From Terracidiphilus sp. (lineage in GTDB: Bacteria > Acidobacteriota > Terriglobia > Terriglobales > Acidobacteriaceae), in assembly GCA_049690595.1 (NCBI GenBank), contig JBAVMZ010000015.1, positions 1 to 39,245 of the forward strand: a DNA stretch of 39,245 bases, read 5' to 3'. The translations under genes were made by a program, and so were the position numbers. Shown piece by piece: positions 1 to 7,923 of this stretch. Each line of letters begins with the position of its first letter. Within the stretch, counting starts at the first letter, position 1. The notes below the pieces were generated by a model. It saw nothing but the letters and a program-made list of their open reading frames with translations, ran no database searches and had not been told where the DNA came from.

Positions 1-154
1 GCGCCGGCTGGCCCGCCTGTACCGCTGCCGCCGGGGACGCTTGCGCCGGCGCCGCGGCAGGCTCCTGCGGCTCCTGCGCGAGTATTGCGCCTCCCGCTCC
101 CAGCCACCATCCAGCGGCCAGCGCAACCGCCATCGCTCCCTGCAAACAACGCAT
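1..154 (-). CDS. 5' part of a secreted protein (runs off window start)
   Basis: ATG at 154 on the minus strand, preceded by AGGAG. Translates MRCLQGAMAVALAAGWWLGAGGAILAQEPQEPAAAPAQ..., a signal-peptide-like N-terminus followed by a Pro/Ala/Gln linker. Not in the ORF track because it is truncated. Confidence 0.7.
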   Translation of the reverse strand, partial: MRCLQGAMAVALAAGWWLGAGGAILAQEPQEPAAAPAQASPAAAVQAGQPA

Positions 155-216
155 CGATCTCTCCTGTTCCTGCTCAGTCCCCCGCCGGCGTCTCCAACCC
201 GCGATGAATGAACCTC

Positions 217-262
217 GGGTGCCCCACCCTCGCCGCGCTCTTGTTTTTGCGGCTAGGGTGGG
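217..262 (+). repeat. REP-like palindrome (GTGCCCC family)
   Basis: GGGTGCCCCACCCTCGCCGC...GCGGCTAGGGTGGG hairpin. The same GTGCCCC+hairpin design recurs at 5834, 5999, ~6172-6207 (inverted) and 33415. Confidence 0.65.
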
Positions 263-472
263 CTGGCACAAGCCCCGGCTGACCCTGTCTTTATTCAGAT
301 AGACTAGCCCCACCCGCTCCCGGATAGCACTCATCCTTGCCTGCCCACGGATTAAAATAAGACGTCTCCGCGCTCAATCCGGCTGCGATGCATGGAAATA
401 GGCATCCTCCGGCAGAGCCGGCGGCCTTGTGATTGGTGGCCCCTCCAAAGGCCCCCCGTCGGAGCGCTCCAT

Positions 473-690
473 GCCGGCAGAAGCCAGCCGCCGCAGGCAG
501 AAGCAACTCGCCCCGCGCCGTAGGCGCAGTGTTTGTTAGCCCCGCGCTTCAGCGTGGGGTGGGCGTGACCAACAATGTGTCCGGAGTCCCGTAGGGACTT
601 CCGCTTCAGCGTCGAATGTGTCCCTCTCGCGCATTTGCGAAAGGAATGGAAAACTCAAAACCGGGGACGGCTCCCGCAAATGTCAGACAC
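473..690 (+). repeat. Composite intergenic repeat, copy 1 (empty MITE target site, TA at 537-538)
   Basis: Colinear with 3009-3455. Shared blocks: CTCGCCCCGCGCCGTAGGCGCAG, GCCCCGCGCTTCnGCGTGGGGTGG, GTCCGGAGTCCCGTAGGGAC, AAAACCGGGGnCGnCTCCCGnAAATG. Confidence 0.8.
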
Positions 691-733
691 CGGCCGCCTC
701 TCCCCGGCAAAGCCCGGGGGCTCCCCTTCCCAA

Positions 734-1864
734 ATGACCGACGGCGCCCAAAACCCGCTCCCCCCTTCCGCGCCATCGCCCGCCGCGACGGCCAGCTCCC
801 GCTTCGCCAGCGTCTACCGCGTCCTCCAGCAAGCCATCGATGCCCGCGCCTTCCCCGGCTGCGCCTTCGGCCTTCTGGCCGGTTCGGAAATCCTGCTCCA
901 AGACGCCCTCGGCCGCTTCACTCCCGAGCCCGCCGCGCCTTTTGTGCAACCGCAAACCCTCTTCGACATCGCCAGCGTCACCAAAGTCGCCGCCACCACC
1001 GCCGCAGCCATGCTCCTCCACCAGCGCGGCATCCTCCACCTTGACTCTCCTCTCGGCGAACTTCTTCCCGGTTTCGTCGCCGGCCGCCCCGCCGCCAGCC
1101 CCGCCCACCGCGTCACCCTCCGCCACCTGCTCGCCCACAACTCCGGCCTGCCCGGCTATGTCGAGTTCTTCTGCGCCGCCGCCACCCCGGAGGCCCTCCT
1201 GCGCGCCTGCCTGCAATTACCCCTCCAGGCCGAGCCCGGCACGCGCGCCGAGTACTCCGATCCCGGCTTCATCCTCCTTGGCAAAGCCATCGAGATCCTC
1301 GCCCGCCAACCCCTCGATGCCTTCACCGAGCGCGAGATCTTCGCCCCGCTCCAGATGACCGCCACCTGCTACTCGCCCCCGCCCGCCGCCCGCGCCGCCA
1401 TCCCCCCCACCGAGCAGGACGCCTGGTTCCGCCACCGCCGCATCCAGGGCGAGGTCCAGGACGAGAACGCCTCGGTCCTCGGCGGCGTCAGCGGCCACGC
1501 CGGCCTCTTCTCCAACGTCCCCGATCTCCTTCGTTTCTCCGCGGAAATCCTCCGCGCCGCCGCCGGCGAAGCCCGCCTCTTCACCCCCGGGACCATTTCG
1601 CTCTTCGCCCAGACCCAGCCTCCCTCGGGGAGTTCCCGCGCGCTCGGTTGGGATACGCCGTCCCCGGAGTCCTCCTCCGCCGGCCACCACTTCTCTCCGC
1701 GCTCCATCGGTCACCTCGGATACAGCGGCTGCTCGCTCTGGATCGACCTCGACGCCCGCCTCGCGGCCGTCCTGCTCTCCAACCGCACCTGGCCCGACCG
1801 CTCCTCGCAGTCGATCCGATCCGTCCGTCCGGCCTTTCACGATGCGATTCGCGAATTCCTGTAA
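734..1864 (+). CDS. Serine hydrolase, beta-lactamase/class C fold (AmiE/NamA-like peptidoglycan-recycling amidase candidate)
   Basis: FDIASVTK (SxxK), LLAHNSGLP, EYSD, GHAGLFS and GHLGYSG motifs; directly upstream of murQ. Start uncertain (680 or 734); 680 lies inside the repeat. Confidence 0.85.
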   Translation: MTDGAQNPLPPSAPSPAATASSRFASVYRVLQQAIDARAFPGCAFGLLAGSEILLQDALGRFTPEPAAPFVQPQTLFDIASVTKVAATTAAAMLLHQRGILHLDSPLGELLPGFVAGRPAASPAHRVTLRHLLAHNSGLPGYVEFFCAAATPEALLRACLQLPLQAEPGTRAEYSDPGFILLGKAIEILARQPLDAFTEREIFAPLQMTATCYSPPPAARAAIPPTEQDAWFRHRRIQGEVQDENASVLGGVSGHAGLFSNVPDLLRFSAEILRAAAGEARLFTPGTISLFAQTQPPSGSSRALGWDTPSPESSSAGHHFSPRSIGHLGYSGCSLWIDLDARLAAVLLSNRTWPDRSSQSIRSVRPAFHDAIREFL

Positions 1865-1963
1865 AGTCCCACCGATGGAGACGTTACCAAGGCCCCGATC
1901 ACGGAGATTTCCGCTCCCTCTTGCCAGGTTTCCGGATACAATCTAAAGCTAGGGACACACGCG

Positions 1964-2938
1964 ATGCTGACAGGTTCAACCACGCAGAACCCCACCGGCG
2001 CCCAGGCCAACCACAAAAAAGACGCGGCCTCGCTCCTGCAGGAGCTGACGACCGAACGTCCCAACGAGGCCTCCCAGGGCTTCGATACGAAATCCGCGGT
2101 CGAAATCGCCCGCATCATCAATCACGAGGACGGCAAAGTCGCCGCCGCCGTCAAGAAGACTCTCCCGGAGATCGCCCAGGTCATCGACCAGGTCGCGCGC
2201 TCCATGCGCGACGGCGGCCGCCTCATCTACATCGGCGCAGGCTCCAGCGGACGCATCGCCGCCCTTGACGCCTCAGAGTGTCCCCCCACTTACTCCAGCG
2301 CTCCCGGCCAGGTCCAATACATCATGGCCGGCGGACCCAAGGCTCTCGCCTCCGCCGTTGAGGTCAACGAGGACTCCGAGGAGCTCGGCCAGCGCGACAT
2401 CGCCCGCCGCCGCCCCACACGCAAGGATGTCGTCATCGGCGTCTCCGCCTCCGGCCGCACCCCTTATGTCGTCGCCGCCGTCGCCTATGCCCGCGCCCGC
2501 GGCGCCTTCACCGCCGCCGTCACCTGCAACCACGGCGCTCCCATCTCCGAGGCCGCCGAGATCTCCATCGTCGCCGAGGTCGGCCCCGAGGTCATCTCCG
2601 GTTCCACCCGCATGAAGGCCGGAACCGCGCAGAAGATGATCCTCAATATGATCACCACCGGCGCCATGACCCGCATGGGCTATGTGTACGAGAACCTCAT
2701 GGTCAACGTGCACATGCAGAACTCCAAGCTGGTCGAGCGCGGCATCCGCATCCTGATGAACGCCTGCAACATCGACCGCGCCCGCGCCGTCGAGACCATC
2801 AAGAGCGCCGGCCGCAGCGTCCCCGTCGCCCTGGTCATGCTCAAGGCAGGCGTCGACAAGCCCGAAGCCGTCCGCCGCCTCGCCAAATCCGACGGCAACG
2901 TCCGGCTGGCGATTGAAGACAATACCGTCGAACTCTAG
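1964..2938 (+). CDS. murQ: N-acetylmuramic acid 6-phosphate etherase
   Basis: LTTE..N, GRLIYIGAGSSGRIAALDASECPPT, GVSASGRTPYV, GPEVISGSTRMKAGTAQKMILNMITT and NLMV..NSKL signature motifs. Confidence 0.95.
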   Translation: MLTGSTTQNPTGAQANHKKDAASLLQELTTERPNEASQGFDTKSAVEIARIINHEDGKVAAAVKKTLPEIAQVIDQVARSMRDGGRLIYIGAGSSGRIAALDASECPPTYSSAPGQVQYIMAGGPKALASAVEVNEDSEELGQRDIARRRPTRKDVVIGVSASGRTPYVVAAVAYARARGAFTAAVTCNHGAPISEAAEISIVAEVGPEVISGSTRMKAGTAQKMILNMITTGAMTRMGYVYENLMVNVHMQNSKLVERGIRILMNACNIDRARAVETIKSAGRSVPVALVMLKAGVDKPEAVRRLAKSDGNVRLAIEDNTVEL

Positions 2939-3072
2939 AGCCCTTGAGGCAAGCCGCCGCGTTGACTCGGCACGGCCTCAGCCGCGCCAAAGTGAGTATC
3001 CTCTTTCCGCCGACAGAAGCCACTCGCCACCGGTGGAAGCCACTCGCCCCGCGCCGTAGGCGCAGCGTTGGT

Positions 3073-3189
3073 TATACCGGTTCCAGAATAGCTGTACCCC
3101 GGAAGCGATGGACTCAAGTGGCATTTTCCTCAAGAAAATGCCACCTTGCACCATGCCAACAAGGGCACGGGAATTCTGGAACCGGTCTA
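3073..3189 (+). mobile_element. 117-bp MITE copy 1 (including flanking TA duplication)
   Basis: TA-TACCGGTTCCAGAAT...ATTCTGGAACCGGTC-TA; perfect 14-bp terminal inverted repeat ACCGGTTCCAGAAT; internal stem GTGGCATTTTC/GAAAATGCCAC. Confidence 0.85.
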
Positions 3190-3305
3190 TAGCGGTTCCA
3201 GAATAGCTATACCCCGAAAGCAGTGCTCTCAAGTCGACGCGACCATCAGGGAGCGGCGACCTTGCACAATCTCAGCCAGGGCACACCTATTCTGGAACCG
3301 GTCTG
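3188..3305 (+). mobile_element. MITE copy 2 (divergent subfamily, tandem with copy 1, sharing the TA at 3188-3189)
   Basis: TAGCGGTTCCAGAATAGCTATACCCCG...ATTCTGGAACCGGTC; near-identical ends, different internal hairpin sequence. Confidence 0.8.
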
Positions 3306-3636
3306 GCCCCGCGCTTCCGCGTGGGGTGGACACAGCAAACAACCCGTCCGGAGTCCCGTAGGGACGGCGTTCCCTGCCCCTACCCATCCTCCTGGCTCTT
3401 TTGCTGAAGGGAGGAGGGAACAAAAACCGGGGGCGACTCCCGGAAATGCCAAACCGCTCCTGCCACCACGGCAAAGGTTGGAATCGGCCACACCAACTCT
3501 CGCTTTCGCTCTGAGAGTGCCGCAAGTCCCATCCGATCGTCCCCTGCCGGGAATTCGACCCTCTCGCCGCACAATGGAATCATGACCGCCGCGTGGAGCG
3601 CCCTTCCGATTCAAAAACGTCAGGGATATGCCCGGT

Positions 3637-3903
3637 CCACCCCCCCCGGGTTCGTACAGAAACTGTATTTGGTCAAGCGTGCTTGTCTTTCGCATCTCGT
3701 CCCCGAACGCCCGGCGCCACCTGTATCCCGCGCCAAATCAATGGTTTCCACCAGCATCGCCGGCTCCTCTCTTGCCTATTCCCCACCCCCCCGGTTTTGT
3801 ACAGAAACTGTATTTAGTCAAGCATGCTTGTCATTTCAGTCTCACCCTCGAACGCCGGCCAATCCACCCGTATCTCACTCTAAATAAATCGTTTCCATAT
3901 GCA
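3637..3903. repeat. Two diverged tandem ~120-bp units (period 145 bp) with poly-C tract and palindromes
   Basis: 3637-3756 vs 3783-3903: CCACCCCCC..GG-TT..GTACAGAAACTGTATTTnGTCAAGCnTGCTTGTC...CGAACGCC...GTATC...AAATnAATnGTTTCCA. Confidence 0.85.
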
Positions 3904-4067
3904 GTTGCGCTTTGCCTCTCCGGCCGAGGCGCCCGGCGGAAACGCCGCCTGTGCGATACTGGAAGGGTGGCGCAAGCCAGCGGGAAGCCGCTGCGCTCGC
4001 GCCCTATCCAACTCCGCCCGAGCGTCTCCTCCTTACGGCAGGGTCCACCAGCAGGAAATCGTACGCA

Positions 4068-5666
4068 ATGCTTAGTGTCAGCAATGTCTCCATGCGCTAC
4101 GGCGCCAAGGTGCTCTTTGAAGATGTCAGCGTCAGCTTCGTCCCCGGCCGCCGCTACGGCCTGACCGGTCCCAACGGCTCGGGCAAATCCACCTTCATGA
4201 AGATCCTCACCGGCGAGCTCGACGCGCAGAAGGGCTCGGTCGTGCGTCCGCGCAAGTTCGGCGTCCTGCGCCAGGACCAGTTCGCCTTCGACAACTATCG
4301 CGTCATCGACACCGTCATCATGGGCAACCGGCCGCTCTGGGCCGCGCTCGAAGAGCGCGACCGCATCTACGAGAAGCCCGAGATGACCGACGAAGACGGC
4401 ATGAGGCTGGGCGAGCTCGAAGGCGTCATCGGCGACGAGGACGGCTACACCGCCGAAGCCGACGCCGCCGTCCTGCTCGACGGCCTCGACATCCGCGAAG
4501 AGCTCCACGAGCGCAAGATGGGCGAGCTCCAGGGCGGCCAGAAGGTCCGCGTGCTGCTGGCCCAGGCTCTCTTCGGCAAGCCCCAGGCCCTGCTCCTCGA
4601 CGAGCCCACCAACTACCTCGATCTCGAATCCATCCACTGGCTCCAGGACTTCCTCAACAACTACGACGGCACGCTCATCGTCATCTCGCACGACCGCCAC
4701 TTCCTCAACTCGGTCACCACCCACACCGCCGACATCGACTACGAGACCATCATCGTCTACACCGGCGGCTACGACGAGATGGTGATGGCCAAGACCCAGA
4801 TCCGCTCCACCCTCGAATCGCAGAACGCGCAGCGCGAAAAGAAGATCGCCCAGTTGAACGAGTTCATCGCCCGCTTTGCCGCCGGCACCCGCTCCTCGCA
4901 GGTCACCAGCCGCCGCAAGGAAGTCGAGCGACTGCAGACCAACGAGCTGGCCCGCTCCAACATCCAGCGCCCTTACATCCGCTTCGACCAGGTGCGCCCC
5001 TCCGGCAAGCACGTCCTCGAGTTCAAGCACATCACCAAGATCTACGGCGACCACAAGGTCATCGACGGCTTCAGCGCCAACATCCTGCGCGGCGAGAAGA
5101 TCTGCCTCATGGGCCGCAACGGCGCCGGCAAAACCACCCTGCTCAAGAGCCTGCTCAACAACTATCCCGGCCTCGCCGACAAGGACTTCGATCTCGACAA
5201 CGGCGCCGTCTTCTGGGGCCACGAGGCGCAGGTCGGCTACTTCCCGCAGGACGTGGGTTCCACCATCGAGCACGGCCTGCCCATCGCAGAGTGGCTGCAC
5301 CGCTGGGACCCTTCGGCCCACGTCGAAGACATCCGCGGCATCCTCGGCCAGATGCTCTTCCGCGGCGAGGAAGGTTCGAAGCAGACCAAGGCCCTCTCGG
5401 GCGGCGAACAGGCCCGCCTCGCCTTCTGCAAGCTGATGCTCACCAAGCCCAACATCCTCATCTTCGACGAGCCCACCAACCACCTCGACCTCGAAGCCAT
5501 CAACGCCCTCAACATCGCCCTCCAGCGCTACGAAGGCACCGTCTTCCTGGTCACCCACGACCACGACCTCATCGACGAGGTGGCCACCCGGCTATGGGTC
5601 TTCCACGAAACCGGCATCGAAGACTTCCAGGGCCCCTACGCCGAGTGGAAGGGCAAGCACAACTAA
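4068..5666 (+). CDS. ABC-F family ATPase (YbiT-like, ribosome-associated)
   Basis: Two ABC domains (GPNGSGKST, LLLDEPTN; GRNGAGKTT, LSGGE, FDEPTNHLD), inter-domain linker and no TM segments. Start MLSVSNVSM at 4068. Confidence 0.92.
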   Translation: MLSVSNVSMRYGAKVLFEDVSVSFVPGRRYGLTGPNGSGKSTFMKILTGELDAQKGSVVRPRKFGVLRQDQFAFDNYRVIDTVIMGNRPLWAALEERDRIYEKPEMTDEDGMRLGELEGVIGDEDGYTAEADAAVLLDGLDIREELHERKMGELQGGQKVRVLLAQALFGKPQALLLDEPTNYLDLESIHWLQDFLNNYDGTLIVISHDRHFLNSVTTHTADIDYETIIVYTGGYDEMVMAKTQIRSTLESQNAQREKKIAQLNEFIARFAAGTRSSQVTSRRKEVERLQTNELARSNIQRPYIRFDQVRPSGKHVLEFKHITKIYGDHKVIDGFSANILRGEKICLMGRNGAGKTTLLKSLLNNYPGLADKDFDLDNGAVFWGHEAQVGYFPQDVGSTIEHGLPIAEWLHRWDPSAHVEDIRGILGQMLFRGEEGSKQTKALSGGEQARLAFCKLMLTKPNILIFDEPTNHLDLEAINALNIALQRYEGTVFLVTHDHDLIDEVATRLWVFHETGIEDFQGPYAEWKGKHN

Positions 5667-5790
5667 TCGAATCGCCCTCGTTGAGAGTCGCTAGAGCCCG
5701 GGCCGGCAGCACAGGATTTGTCCCCTGCAATACGGCCGCCTTCCGGGACGGGGTTCTAGCCGCTGAGGTATGTTCTTTGGCCGCCTCACC

Positions 5791-6250
5791 TTGGCAGGTG
5801 GCCCCGTTCTCAAGCGGGATTCGATCAAGTCGAGGGTGCCCCCGGTCCCTCGCGTTTGGGGACCGGGGAGGGGGAGCCGGGCAGCCGGCAGCGCATCCAC
5901 TCCGGCAGTTGGGCAGTCACAATCTTCCCGCGGGAGCGGTTCGCGGAACGGGAAATTGGCAGGTGGCCCCGGTCTCAAGCGGGATTCGATCAAGTCGAGG
6001 GTGCCCCCGGTCCCTCGCGTTTGGGGACCGGGGAGGGGGAGCCGGGCCGCCGGTAGCGCATCCACTCGGGCGTCGCCAACCTTTCTCCCGGCCTGTCCAC
6101 TTGGATTCGATCCCTAGGGATCCGTGCACGACCGTCCCGGCGGTTGGTTTGGGCTGAGATGGATCGGTTTCATCCCCGCTCCCCAAGCGAGGGACAGGGG
6201 GCGCCCTCATCGTGGTTTGGTGGCGTCATTGAGGCCGGGGCCACCCGCCA
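5791..6250. repeat. BIME-like cluster: two direct ~115-bp copies (5791-5906, 5956-6071) plus a diverged inverted copy (~6172-6250)
   Basis: TTGGCAGGTGGCCCCGnTCTCAAGCGGGATTCGATCAAGTCGAGGGTGCCCCCGGTCCCTCGCGTTTGGGGACCGGGGAGGGGGAGCCGGGC repeated at a 165-bp period, between convergent genes. Confidence 0.9.
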
Positions 6251-6266
6251 TTCACCGCATCCGAAC

Positions 6267-7523
6267 CTACTTCTTCACAACCTCCACCCGCCGGTTCTGC
6301 GAGCGCCCCAGCGCGGTGTCGTTGCTGGCCACCGGATGGCTCGCCCCGAATCCCTGGGTTGTCAAACGGTTCGCAGCCACCCCGGCGTTGACCAGGTAGG
6401 CTTTGACCGAGGCTGCGCGCTTTTCAGAGAGCGTCTGGTTGTGGGCCTCGCCGCCAACATTGTCGGTGTGTCCTTCGATCGCGAAGTTCCACGACGGCTG
6501 GGAGCGGGCAGCAGCCACCAGCGCATCCAGCGCAGTTCTGGATTCGTCCTTGAGGTGGTCGGAATCGGTATCGAACAGAATCCCGTAGAGCCGGACGCGG
6601 CCTTCGCTCTGGAGCTGCTGCGCGACCTCGTTGCCGGAGCCCGGCTTCCAGTGCGGGCACGTGCCAACCTCCCGGGAGACTCGCGCGCCGCGCCACACTC
6701 CGTCGGGGATCCCGCTCTTGTTGCCTTCATACCACCAAAAGCCGGTAAACGACTGCCCATCGTCGGCGAAGGTCAACATGGCCGGGCCGTTCTGACGTGG
6801 AGCGCCTTCATCGGCTTCGCTCCAGGTAAACCTGAGCACCCTGCCGTCGAATCCACCGTTTTCGATCAGCCCGGCTCTGTGGGTATAACAGCCGTTCACC
6901 GTAGCCCCGGTTTGCCGCATGTGGAAGACTCCGTAACTGGAAGAAAACGCGCCGGAGTTGTCTGGCAGCGCCCGCTTCACCAGCGGCTTTCCATAGGCGT
7001 AGACATTCATGATCTCCATGTACTTGTCATCGCCCCAATTGTTCAGCACGGTCAGCCGCAGATACCGCCCCGCGGCGGGCGTCTTCAGCGCGAACCTCTG
7101 GTGGTCCTGTGCCAGTGCAAGAGACGGGCTGGCAATCTCCGTGAAGACCCCGTCCTGGCGGTCGGAGATCTCCACCTTCAAATCCTTGGCGCCGGTGCGC
7201 CCCTGGTACTCGGATTTGGCGGTATCGAAGGCCAGACTGGCGATCTCGCTCTTCTCCGCCAGCTCGAATACGAAGACCTTGGGCGTCAGATCGCCTTTTC
7301 GGGTGGCCCAACCCGTGCCTGGAAGCTCGTCCAGAAGCTCGTCCGGTGACCAGTTGCCGCTGTTGGCGTAGGACGGCGGGGCCTGCACGATGAGCGCGCC
7401 GGCGCCCCAGGAGAGCAGGTTGACCGCTTCCGTGCCACCCTGGGCCCGGGCTGCCGGCGTTGTCAAATACAAGAGGATCGAGCATAGGAGCCCGATCCAT
7501 GCGGAAGTCCTGGCATTTCTCAT
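6267..7523 (-). CDS. Secreted OmpA-family peptidoglycan-binding protein with N-terminal discoidin (F5/8)-like domain
   Basis: Signal peptide ending ARA/QG; discoidin-like GRYLRLTV; C-terminal ILFDTDS...IEGHTDNVG...NQTLSEKRA...GRSQNRRVEV. GGGGGAG RBS before ATG 7523. Confidence 0.85.
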   Translation of the reverse strand: MRNARTSAWIGLLCSILLYLTTPAARAQGGTEAVNLLSWGAGALIVQAPPSYANSGNWSPDELLDELPGTGWATRKGDLTPKVFVFELAEKSEIASLAFDTAKSEYQGRTGAKDLKVEISDRQDGVFTEIASPSLALAQDHQRFALKTPAAGRYLRLTVLNNWGDDKYMEIMNVYAYGKPLVKRALPDNSGAFSSSYGVFHMRQTGATVNGCYTHRAGLIENGGFDGRVLRFTWSEADEGAPRQNGPAMLTFADDGQSFTGFWWYEGNKSGIPDGVWRGARVSREVGTCPHWKPGSGNEVAQQLQSEGRVRLYGILFDTDSDHLKDESRTALDALVAAARSQPSWNFAIEGHTDNVGGEAHNQTLSEKRAASVKAYLVNAGVAANRLTTQGFGASHPVASNDTALGRSQNRRVEVVKK

Positions 7524-7923
7524 GGAATCTCCCCCAGGGCGGGTCATCTCGCGCTGAACTGTCCGCAGACCTGTGGGCGACCCGATCCGGACGCGCCTTT
7601 CGGGAATGGAATCGCTGCCCGGATGGGAGGCCGCGGACCCGCTTCCGTTCGCGCTTCGCCACGACCTGATTTTTGAATGCCGAATTGTAAACCCTGAAGT
7701 GAAGGAATCTCAACTGGATGGGCGCGCGCGTCTGGCGCGGACCTGAGCGTCGCCCCTGCTCCTGACGAGACAACCATCCTGCGCTCCCCTCATCTGCTGG
7801 CAGCGAGCGATCTACGTCCCACGGACGAAGACCGGCCCGGGAAGGGTTAGACTGTAGGACGGCTCGTTCGGATCGGGAATGCGAGCATGGAACGATCCGC
7901 CAGCTGGCTGCTTCGAGGGCTGT

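Larger units (their letters stand above)
3009..3455 (+). repeat. Composite intergenic repeat, copy 2 (interrupted by two tandem MITEs)
   Basis: Matches 473-690 once 3075-3305 is removed. Confidence 0.8.

Noticed and set aside
5791..6071. CRISPR array
   Set aside because: Only two long (~115 bp) direct units and one inverted copy; no 25-45 bp repeats with regular spacers and no cas genes.
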